Below, in pieces: positions 56,323 to 64,000 of a stretch of DNA of 64,000 nt. The translations under genes were made by a program, and so were the position numbers. The notes beneath the pieces were generated by a model. It did no database searches and had not been told where the DNA came from. It saw only the letters and a program-made list of their open reading frames with translations. How positions within the stretch are numbered: the stretch's first letter is position 1; every line of letters starts with the position of its first letter. The DNA is from Opitutales bacterium (lineage in GTDB: Bacteria; Verrucomicrobiota; Verrucomicrobiia; Opitutales; UBA2987). The DNA lies in contig CBDDEL010000010.1 of NCBI GenBank assembly GCA_965226885.1, positions 361,168 to 425,167 on the forward strand, in the 5' to 3' direction.

Positions 56323-57324
56323 TTACTGTTTTGCCATCAAACGGGCCAGTCGGGTAAAGGTTTCTTCGGGAAAGCCGAGGGCGCGTTTGAATTGGTAATC
56401 CCTCTCGAGGACGTTGCTTTCTTTTTCCCATTTGCGGTATTCCCGCCAATTGAGGTGGCCGCGCAGCCAGGGGCCCAGCCCGCTGACCGGTATGGGGTAA
56501 TCGCTGCCGTGTAGGATACGGTCGGCGGCGTCTGGTCCCAAAGCAGCTTTTAGACTCCGGCTGCGGTTGGGGCTGCATAGGGCGCTGTTGTCGGCATAGA
56601 GGTTGGAAAAACGGGAAAACATTGACAACAGTGAATTGGTGTAATCGGGGTCCCAAAGGCAGCTTCTCCCGGCGCAATGGGCCGCGATGACCGTCACTCC
56701 GCATTCCAGGGGAAGCGTCAAAGTTCGGGGGTCGGCATATTTGGCGTTGACTACCGGCAATGACATTTCGCCGCCGGTGTGGGCCAGCAGAATCATGCCC
56801 GCCTCTGCCATGCGGGTCCAAAAGGGGGCGAACTTTTTCTCGTTGCAGTCGATATTCTGGCAATTGGGCAGGCATTTCATGACTGGCGCTCCAGCCTCCA
56901 GACATTTTTCCAGTTCCTCCAGGGCGTCAGGCCGGGCCGGGTGGATGGACACGGCGGGGATGAATTCCGCATGTTCCCGGCAAAGACTTAGAAGATAATC
57001 GTTGGGCACATAAAATGCCCCTACCCCTTCCATTTCCTTGCCGTGAGAATCTCGAGGCGCTTCCTGGGCCAGGAGCAGTATGGCATCTAGGCTGGATTCC
57101 CGCGCCTGTTGCAGCAGCCTTTCCGCATAAAGCCGGTCCAGTTGGCCGGTTTTGAGAACGGACTGCGGGAGCCCGATCTCTTTTATCAAAGTGTGGGCCA
57201 GAATCCGGCTCCAGGGGCCTTGCAGGCGAAACCAGCAACCGCTGCCGCTGGAACCGTCCCCCAAAAGGTGCACATGGCCGTCGATTTTGCGAAAACCCAT
57301 TTCACCAGCCGGGAGTTTTGCCAA
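56323..57324 (-). CDS. Metal-dependent amidohydrolase (TIM-barrel, amidohydrolase-2-like)
   Basis: 333-aa ORF with N-terminal IDGHVHLLGDG, mid LLAHTGGE and C-terminal ILHGSDYPIP motifs. Confidence 0.65.
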   Translation of the reverse strand: MAKLPAGEMGFRKIDGHVHLLGDGSSGSGCWFRLQGPWSRILAHTLIKEIGLPQSVLKTGQLDRLYAERLLQQARESSLDAILLLAQEAPRDSHGKEMEGVGAFYVPNDYLLSLCREHAEFIPAVSIHPARPDALEELEKCLEAGAPVMKCLPNCQNIDCNEKKFAPFWTRMAEAGMILLAHTGGEMSLPVVNAKYADPRTLTLPLECGVTVIAAHCAGRSCLWDPDYTNSLLSMFSRFSNLYADNSALCSPNRSRSLKAALGPDAADRILHGSDYPIPVSGLGPWLRGHLNWREYRKWEKESNVLERDYQFKRALGFPEETFTRLARLMAKQ

Positions 57325-57339
57325 GGCCCATCATGGAAA

Positions 57340-59061
57340 TCACCGATCGAGGGCAAGCCGCTCGACTCCTTTGAGGTCGAGCTTGCCGGTTGCCAAACAG
57401 GGAATTTCCTCGACCTCCTTGATGATCCTGGGAATCCACAGATTGGGCAATCCTGCCCATTTGAGCCGCTCCCGCAGGTCGGCCGAAGAAATATCGATAG
57501 CGCTGAGCAGGACTAGGGATTCACCCTTGGCCGGATCGGCAATTCCGGTTACCGCCACCATTGGCCGCTCGCTGTCTTCCAGGTCGAAAGCGGTCACAAT
57601 GTGGTTCTCTATGGTGCCGTGGGGAACCATCTCCCCTCCTATCTTGGAAAAACGCGAAATGCGGCCCTCGATAAAAAGGAACCCTTCATCATCGAATCGA
57701 GCCAAGTCTCCCGTCACGAACCAGCCGTCCTGAAAAACTTTGGCCGTCAGTTCGGGATTGTCGAGATAACCGTTAAAAACGTTTGGGCCTTTTACATGGA
57801 GAATGCCCACATCCGTTACGGGCAGTTGTTCACCCGATTGGGGATCGACGATGCGGGCGGCTATCCCCGGCATCAGGCGGCCCACGGAACCCGTCCGGTT
57901 TCCAACCCTCCCTTGGTAAGGGCCCTTTACGCGGGAATAGCCGGGAAGGTTTATGCTGACCACGGGAGAAGTCTCCGTCAACCCATAGCCTTCCAGGTAA
58001 CGACTGCCGAATTGATCCTCCCATTTACGGGCAAAACCGGCGGGTGTTTTCTCCGCTCCGGCCACCACAAATTTTAAACTGCGTAATTGAGCTGCATCAA
58101 TTCTTTTAAAATACGGGCGATAAAATGTGGGCGTCCCAAAAAGCACCGTGGCCTGTTCTTCCTCAATGGTTTTGGCGATTCGTTTGACCTCCAGCGGAGA
58201 GGGCAATGTAACCACTTTGACCCCCGACAAAAGTGGAAGCCACAAAGCCGTTTTGAAGCCGAAACTGTGAAAAAGCGGCAGACAGCCGAGAATGGTTTCC
58301 GTCCGGGGCAACAGATGTGTTTCATCGATCTGCCGGCAATTACCGATAATATTGCGGTGGGATAGTGCGACTCCTTTGGGTTCGCCGGTGCTGCCGCTAC
58401 TAAATAAGAGGCCGGCCTCCTCATTGTCTCCTTGTTGGGGAATGTCAAAACGCCGTGCTAACCATCCCGATGGACAAACCCAAATCGCCGCCAGCAGACC
58501 AAGGATCTCCGCCTTGGAAAGAGAGGTCAGTTCGAGCAGTAAATCCCGCGTATCTTCTACCCAGGGGAAGTTGGGAATTTTTTTCTTGACCGCTTCGGCT
58601 GTCAGTACGGTTTCGACTCCCGCCTGTTTAATGCTGGCCTCGATAGTGGCCGGACCCATGGTGAAATTCAAATTGACCGGAATTTTCCCACAAAGAACCA
58701 AGGCCAGGTTGGTCAGGGTTCCGCCGATACCGGGTGGAAATACGACCCCAACGCGTTTTCCCGGAATCGTCTTCCTCCATTTACGGGACAAAGCCAGCGA
58801 TACAGCCAGTATCTTCCCGGCGGTGAGCTCTTTCCGCCCGGTCGAGCGGTCAACAATTATCACTCGCCACGGATGACGCCCAAGGGAGCGAAAACAGGCG
58901 TTTCCAAGGTGACATTTCAACTCCTCGCGCTCCTGAAATTCCCGGTAGCCGAAATCGATGACGGTCGGGCCTTTTTCAGCTTGGGCTGTCTCTTCCGCTG
59001 ACATGGTGATTATTAAAGACAATAATTCCCCCCCTCCCGAGTCAAGCTCGACCGGCTTCAC
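57340..59061 (-). CDS. AMP-binding acyl-CoA/acyl-ACP synthetase-like enzyme
   Basis: 573-aa ORF with LFSSGSTGEPKGVALSHRNI, YLEGYGLTETS, TGDLARFDDEGF and a C-terminal ..ATGKLDLK motif. Resembles the ligase domain of Aas-type enzymes. Confidence 0.8.
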   Translation of the reverse strand: MKPVELDSGGGELLSLIITMSAEETAQAEKGPTVIDFGYREFQEREELKCHLGNACFRSLGRHPWRVIIVDRSTGRKELTAGKILAVSLALSRKWRKTIPGKRVGVVFPPGIGGTLTNLALVLCGKIPVNLNFTMGPATIEASIKQAGVETVLTAEAVKKKIPNFPWVEDTRDLLLELTSLSKAEILGLLAAIWVCPSGWLARRFDIPQQGDNEEAGLLFSSGSTGEPKGVALSHRNIIGNCRQIDETHLLPRTETILGCLPLFHSFGFKTALWLPLLSGVKVVTLPSPLEVKRIAKTIEEEQATVLFGTPTFYRPYFKRIDAAQLRSLKFVVAGAEKTPAGFARKWEDQFGSRYLEGYGLTETSPVVSINLPGYSRVKGPYQGRVGNRTGSVGRLMPGIAARIVDPQSGEQLPVTDVGILHVKGPNVFNGYLDNPELTAKVFQDGWFVTGDLARFDDEGFLFIEGRISRFSKIGGEMVPHGTIENHIVTAFDLEDSERPMVAVTGIADPAKGESLVLLSAIDISSADLRERLKWAGLPNLWIPRIIKEVEEIPCLATGKLDLKGVERLALDR

Positions 59062-59181
59062 CCTTCATTCAAATTTTCGGAACAGAAATCATTTCCGCAG
59101 TGGACAATCCAATCACGATGCCGGTATGAATGTTCGACACATCCGTTCCCTCCAGAATGGTAATTTTTTCCGCTCCAAATA

Positions 59182-60463
59182 ATGTCCTCCAACCAGCTTA
59201 GTCTCGATTACGATTTAGAACAAGGCCGCGAAGAAAAAGTGCGTTCTGCTCGGGAATTCCTGGCGGAACTTCGGGATTTTCATGAATTCGATAAAAAACC
59301 CATTGTTGAACAATATCCGGATCCCGAAATCGAGACCCCCATGTTCATCAACGAATTTTGGACCTCCCGTCAGCGGGCCGCCCACTCGCTCCACGAAGTC
59401 TCCTACCGGGCCTGCTTCAAGCCTCAACTGCCGAGGTTTTTCATCGAGCGGCTGACCCGCCGGGGCGACCGGGCTTACGATCCATTCGCCGGACGGGGAA
59501 CCACATTAATCGAGGCGGCTCTGCTCGGGCGCATCCCAGTCGGTTGCGACATCAACCCGCTCAGCGAAATTCTGGCCGCCCCTCGTTTGCATCCGCCTTC
59601 CATTTCGGAAATCGCGGATCGGTTGGCACTGATTGATTTTGACCGGAAAACGGAATTTAGAAACGATCTGCTCGTATTCTATCATCCTAAAACCTTGCAA
59701 ACCATAACGAATCTCCGCCATTACCTACTGCAAAAATCAAAAACCGGAAGTCTGGACAAAATTGACGCCTGGATCCGTATGGTGGCCACTAATCGTTTGA
59801 CCGCCCACTCCCCGGGATTTTTCTCCGTTTACGCCATGCCCCCCAATCAAGCCGTATCCATCAAATCGCAGCAGAAAATCAACCAAAAACGCTGTCAATT
59901 TCCACAAGAGAAAAACGTTACCGAAATTATACTCAAGAAAAGCCGCTCCCTTCTAAGCAGTCTGGATGTGCGACAAGCGGGCTCGTTGCAAAAAATTGCC
60001 CTGAATGCGCGCCATTATACGGGCTCCTGCGACTCAACTCCGCAAATCGAAAACGACTCTATCCAACTTGCAGTCACTTCTCCGCCTTTTTTGGACGTGG
60101 TCGATTATAAGACGGACAACTGGCTGCGCTGCTGGTTCAACGGCATCGAAGCTGAGAAAATAAAAATCTGGCAATTGCGCAAACCCGAGAATTGGCAAGC
60201 CAAGATGAGTCAAGTTTTCCGGGAACTGTACCGGATACTTCATGCCGGGCGGCCACATCGCCTTCGAAGTCGGGGAAATTAAAGGAGGAAGGCTCCTCCT
60301 CGAAACCCTCGTAGTCCCCGCCGCCCAAAAAGCGCGCCTGACCCCCATCCTCATCCTCATCAACGCCCAGAAATTCACCAAAACCTCCAACTGCTGGGTC
60401 ATCGATAATCTAAAAAAAGGAACCAACACCAACCGCATCATTCTATTGCGAAAACAAAAGTGA
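59182..60463 (+). pseudogene. N6-adenine/N4-cytosine-type DNA methyltransferase, frameshifted
   Basis: AdoMet motif YDPFAGRGTTLIEAALLGR and catalytic motif VTSPPFLDVVDY. Near 60240 the frame breaks (..ELYRILH / MPGGHIAFEVGEI..), consistent with a 1-bp indel. The remainder (60242-60463) is open in another frame. Confidence 0.65.
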
Positions 60464-60600
60464 TGCATGGACAAACTGGCGGGATAAAAGTTACCGGGCG
60501 CCGTCAATGAGCTTGTTGACTTTGAGGCGGTGGGAGCCGGGGCGGTCGGGCGGATTGAGGATTAGAATTATTCGGTTGCCGGGATGGAATTCGGGTAGTG

Positions 60601-61076
60601 TTAACATGACGAATGTTTGATATTGCTGTTGTATTCCCAGATGAACAAGCACAGGACGCGAAAATGCATGACCAAAGACTTCGAGAATGACAGCGTTTTA
60701 CGCACATAGCGTGACAGAGACTGTCGCAAGGTATTGTTCCAGCGTTCGATATGGGCGGTTTGGCCGGATTGTTTCCCGCTGGCGCTGTTGTGAGGGAAAA
60801 CCTTGTCGTAGCTTTCCCAGTAATCGCTTACGGTGGCACAGTCGCGATAGGGTTGGGCGATGTTGTGATACAACTGCCGGCACGTTTGATCGCTACGATC
60901 ACCCAGAGAAAACCCGACGACCTGTCGGGTACGTCGGCACAAGGCTACCCATAGCCATACCTGTCCCGAACGCTTATCGCCCCAGAAGGACCACACCTCG
61001 TCCAGCTCCAGCACATCATTACACTGGCGGGCAAGCAGTGTGGACTCCAGCTTCGGCAAACTCAGGACTTTTTTTT
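60601..61076 (-). CDS. insB: IS1-family InsB frame (copy F2; -1 relative to insA via A AAA AAG)
   Basis: Open from the A8 run (61069-61076). IS1 InsB-like motifs as in F1. Confidence 0.8.
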
Positions 61077-61325
61077 AATCCATTCGATGACCGTCTTTGG
61101 GGCTACCCCGAAGGTACGGTAAATGGCACGCAGGCTCATTCGGTTTTGGTGCGCACGGAGCACCTGCTTGACCAGCGCTGGGGGATGCTCACGGCTTTGG
61201 GGGTGAAGCCGAAACTGATAACCACACCTCTTGCATCGATACTTCTGAACCCCTTTCGGATCCTTGCCGTGCTTGATGATGTGATCGCTTCCGCATTGAG
61301 GACATTTTACTGTGATATGGATCAT
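61062..61325 (-). CDS. insA: IS1-family InsA (copy F2)
   Basis: 87-aa zinc-finger/HTH ORF ending just after the A8 run. Confidence 0.85.
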   Translation of the reverse strand: MIHITVKCPQCGSDHIIKHGKDPKGVQKYRCKRCGYQFRLHPQSREHPPALVKQVLRAHQNRMSLRAIYRTFGVAPKTVIEWIKKKS

Positions 61326-62004
61326 TCCCAGTTTACAGCATAATCACGCTGAAAAGTACAGCTTAAACATTCAAAATGTTAACACTACCGGAATTCGAAG
61401 GTATTAGTGAAAACAATTTTGGGGCCAGCTTTGGATTCAACGGCAAAGCCGACGGGTATGAAAAACAGATTTTCTTCAGCATCATAGAAATTCCGCATTG
61501 AGAACGCTTTAGAAAAACCGTGAGGGAAAACGGTGTTCTCTTTTCCCACCCTGCCGATCAGTTTTTTAGTCATGGCGTTGAATACAACCAGACTTTCAAC
61601 AGGAAAATCAGCGAAGCTATCATTAATAGAGAATAGTTGGAACTCTTTACCGGACGCTTCCTTATTAATAATAGGCATAAAAAATAACAGGTGTTCACGC
61701 GTACCTTTGGGCAAATGAACGGTTGCCACCGGCAATCGGGTAATGGTGTTGTCTTTGTTGATAATTTCCCGGAAAAAAACTATCGGCTGTTTCCCGTTGA
61801 ATTCATAAGGGACAGATCGCCGGTAGTTTTGAAATTCTATGGTAGCAACTTCATCCGGCGTCGTTTCGACCTTGAGCCCGATGGGTTTGACGGAGCCGAT
61901 GAAAAAAACTCTAAAGGTAAGCGCAGTTCCCTCCCCTGCCCCATTTACCAGTGATGAAGCGTTGAGCAATGGCCAGAAAAATAGCAGGACTAATCCGGTT
62001 GCAA

Positions 62005-62360
62005 TTAAATATCTTCGGCGGCTACCCATCGGAAATGTATTATCTGGAAGCGTCGGCCGAATTTGCCCGGCGGTTCATTATAGTCTTCGGAAATTTTCTC
62101 AGGATTCGTCTTATCGCGTAACTCGAACGGCTCTGGAATCCTCTGCACAAGAGCTTCGCACCATGCCATGGCCTGGGTTTGTTGAATGATGGGATTATAA
62201 GCATCGCCATAAGCGCGAATCAAAAAAGTGTCCGAACGCGTTTGCACAAACGGCGCTATACTCGAAAGAATGTCGGCCTGGGTAAGAAATGAAGGCGCGT
62301 TGAAAGGAATGCGGTTGTCGTTAAGCGCGGAGTCGTAATTAAAGCCATCGACAGTGTTAA
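62005..62360 (-). pseudogene. C-terminal fragment of a larger protein, truncated at its 5' side by IS copy A6
   Basis: The frame is open from the A6 boundary (..NTVDGFNYDSALNDNRIPFNAPSFLTQADILSSIAPFVQTRSDTFLIRAYGDAYNP..RFQIIHFRWV..). The RSDTF-hydrophobic-R-A-x-G block resembles C-termini of GspK/pseudopilin-associated proteins. Weak assignment. Confidence 0.35.
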
Positions 62361-63107
62361 CCCGGATATTTCATGAAGGGTAAAGTCTGGCTCGTTATTG
62401 CTATTGGAGATGGATTTCTTTGTATTTTGAGCAGATCGTCTTGATTTTTAGGTGTTTTTCAGGGTGTAGAGACACTGCCCCCTTTCCCCCATTGGTTCGG
62501 TAGTGCCGGGGGCAGCACCAATGCACCCTTTAGGTTGGCACCAATCGGCGGGCCGCATGGTTGAAAAGACTGGCCCAAGGATAACTCTCACTTAGGTGAA
62601 AGTGAATCGTTCGGGTGTTGCGCACGATGACCGCTCCGATCTTGATTAATTTGAGCCGCAGGGTGTGGCATTGAGCCCGCGCCCACTTCGTCCCTTTTAA
62701 GGCTAACCGGCGCATGGCTTCCATCAAGGTGTAGGCCAGCGCCGACAAGAGCAATCGCCACTGATTGGCCCACCATTGATGGGCGCTGGTGCGCTCGCTG
62801 AACAATTGCATCTGTTCCTTGATTCGGTTCTCCATTTCACCGCGGCCACAGTATACCTTGTCGTAAAGCTCCTGGGGATCGCCCGGCAGGTTCGTCACCA
62901 CGAAGCGCGGGTTGGACCCCTGTGCGGTGTGTTCGGCTTTATGGATGACCAACCGCAGCCATCGCCACGAATCGGCAGCATAGACGAAGTCCTGGAATAA
63001 CCGCTGTTTTTTACCCCTTAGTTCGAACCATTCTTTGGCCTGCTTTTGCAACTGCTGGGCGTCTTGCTGCAAGCGTGCATTGCGAGCCATCCCCACGATG
63101 TAACTAA
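62361..63107 (-). mobile_element. IS1380-family type A, copy A6: right-end 747 bp, interrupted by copy A7
   Basis: Starts CCCGGATATTTCATGAAGG after a TTAA flank. Collinear with other A copies up to ..gatgtaaCTAA, where a second A copy begins in the opposite orientation. Confidence 0.85.
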
Positions 63108-64000
63108 CCCGGATATTTCGTAAAAAAAGTATCGTTGATATGCTTAACTGCTGATATTTCGTAAAAAAAGTATCGTTGATATGCTTAACTGCTGATATAC
63201 AGCAGGATAGATCAATAATTAAAGCAATATCAGCGATGACAAAAGGTAAACAATTAAAGCTACAGTTGACAAGGGTAAAAGGCCGCCGTGTGCGGGTTGA
63301 TTTCAAGGGCGGAGAGGTTACTTCGGATGCCGGACTGCTTTTGATCCGGGAAGTGGATCGGCAGTTGGGCTTGACCGAACGAGCGGCCCGACAGTTAGTG
63401 GACAAACGGCAGAAGGGCAAAGTACGCCATGAGGTATTGGGGATGCTGCGGCAGCGCGTTTACGGGCTGGTGGCGGGCTATGAGGATTTGAACGACTTTG
63501 ATACCCTGCGCCACGATCCATTGTTGCAAACGGTAACGGGGCGCATTGAAACGTTGGCCAGCGCGCCGACTTTGTGTCGTTTTGAAAACGGGCAGGATCG
63601 GCGGGCGGCCTTTGCGGTAAACGAGCTGTTGGTCGAACAGTTCATGGGCTCCTTTGCCGAGGAACCCGAAGAGATCATCCTGGACTTTGACGCCACCGAC
63701 AATCCGGTGCACGGGCTCCAGGAGGGACGTTTTTTCCACGGTTATTATGATCATTACTGTTTTCTGCCGCTATATGTTTTTTGCGGTGATCAGCTGCTGG
63801 TGGCCTACCTGCGGCCGAGCAAGATCGATGCCAGCAAGCATGCCGGGGCCATCCTCAAATTGCTGGTTAAACGGATTCGCCAAAGCTGGCCCCGTAAGCG
63901 GATTATTTGGCGCGCCGACAGTGGATTTTGTCGAGACCGGATACTCTCTTGGTGCGACCGCAACGAAGTTAGTTACATCGTGGGGATGGCTCGCAATGCA
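63108..64000 (+). mobile_element. IS1380-family type A, copy A7 (runs off the window), with a 41-bp tandem duplication in its left arm
   Basis: Begins CCCGGATATTTCG. The unit ATATTTCGTAAAAAAAGTATCGTTGATATGCTTAACTGCTG occurs twice (63113-63153 and 63154-63194). Confidence 0.85.
63236..64000 (+). CDS. IS1380-family DDE transposase (copy A7, 3' end outside the window)
   Basis: From the ATG giving MTKGKQLKLQ. Collinear with the other A copies to the window end. Confidence 0.8.
   Translation, partial: MTKGKQLKLQLTRVKGRRVRVDFKGGEVTSDAGLLLIREVDRQLGLTERAARQLVDKRQKGKVRHEVLGMLRQRVYGLVAGYEDLNDFDTLRHDPLLQTVTGRIETLASAPTLCRFENGQDRRAAFAVNELLVEQFMGSFAEEPEEIILDFDATDNPVHGLQEGRFFHGYYDHYCFLPLYVFCGDQLLVAYLRPSKIDASKHAGAILKLLVKRIRQSWPRKRIIWRADSGFCRDRILSWCDRNEVSYIVGMARNA

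Larger units (their letters stand above)
60594..61389 (-). mobile_element. IS1-family type F, copy F2 (796 bp), intact
   Basis: GGTAGTGTTAACATGACG / ..AATGTTAACACTACC termini. 8-bp direct repeat GGAATTCG at 60586-60593 and 61390-61397. Confidence 0.9.
60491..62029 (-). pseudogene. Hypothetical secreted protein with its 3' end displaced by IS copy F2
   Basis: The ORF has a signal-like N-terminus (..LVLLFFWPLLNASS). Removing F2 and one GGAATTCG copy continues the frame for 32 more codons (..TFEFHPGNRIILILNPPDRPGSHRLKVNKLIDGAR*). Confidence 0.55.

Noticed and set aside
59182-62029. The methyltransferase as part of a restriction-modification or other defence island.
   Set aside because: No endonuclease, specificity, helicase or nuclease partner genes are adjacent, and the gene itself is frameshifted. 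There is not enough evidence for a system.

Overview
This 64-kb window is mostly insertion sequences and the host genes they have broken. By hand count there are about 20 complete, nested or truncated IS copies, covering roughly 45% of the sequence. My labels for the element types:
- A: IS1380-family, 7 copies, plus one diverged end relic.
- D: a second IS1380-like element.
- C: IS4/IS5-superfamily, 3 copies plus an end relic.
- B: IS21 (istA/istB), 2 copies.
- E and F: two IS1-family types, 3 and 2 copies.
- G and H: two IS3-family elements, plus an IS3-like relic.
- I: a frameshifted IS4-family element.
- An IS630-family element.

At least seven insertions are IS-into-IS. Most copies keep direct target duplications, so insertion sites can be read to the base.

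Host content:
- 1-13.3 kb: a catabolic cluster with two acyl-CoA ligases, an M20 amidohydrolase, a beta-hydroxyacid dehydrogenase, an HpcH aldolase, an SDR and a sulfatase. Three of these are IS-split or frameshifted.
- tRNA-Lys(CTT) next to a decayed integrase.
- 28.9-32.3 kb: a phage/plasmid-like replication module (replisome-organizer-like protein plus DnaB) ending in a 63-nt tmRNA tRNA-like-domain relic.
- A GPGGG-repeat envelope protein.
- A TonB-dependent receptor plus a Calx-beta/lamin-tail-domain protein.
- A 29-bp tandem array overlapping a start codon.
- A truncated ExeM/NucH-like nuclease.
- tRNA-Ser(GGA).
- An amidohydrolase/acyl ligase pair.
- A frameshifted orphan DNA methyltransferase.

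I found no recognisable complete defence system, CRISPR array or biosynthetic cluster. The notable signals are structural: IS recoding geometry, target hotspots, an inversion-duplication in istB, the mini-tmRNA and the tandem uORF array. All family assignments rest on motif recognition by eye. No database search was run.
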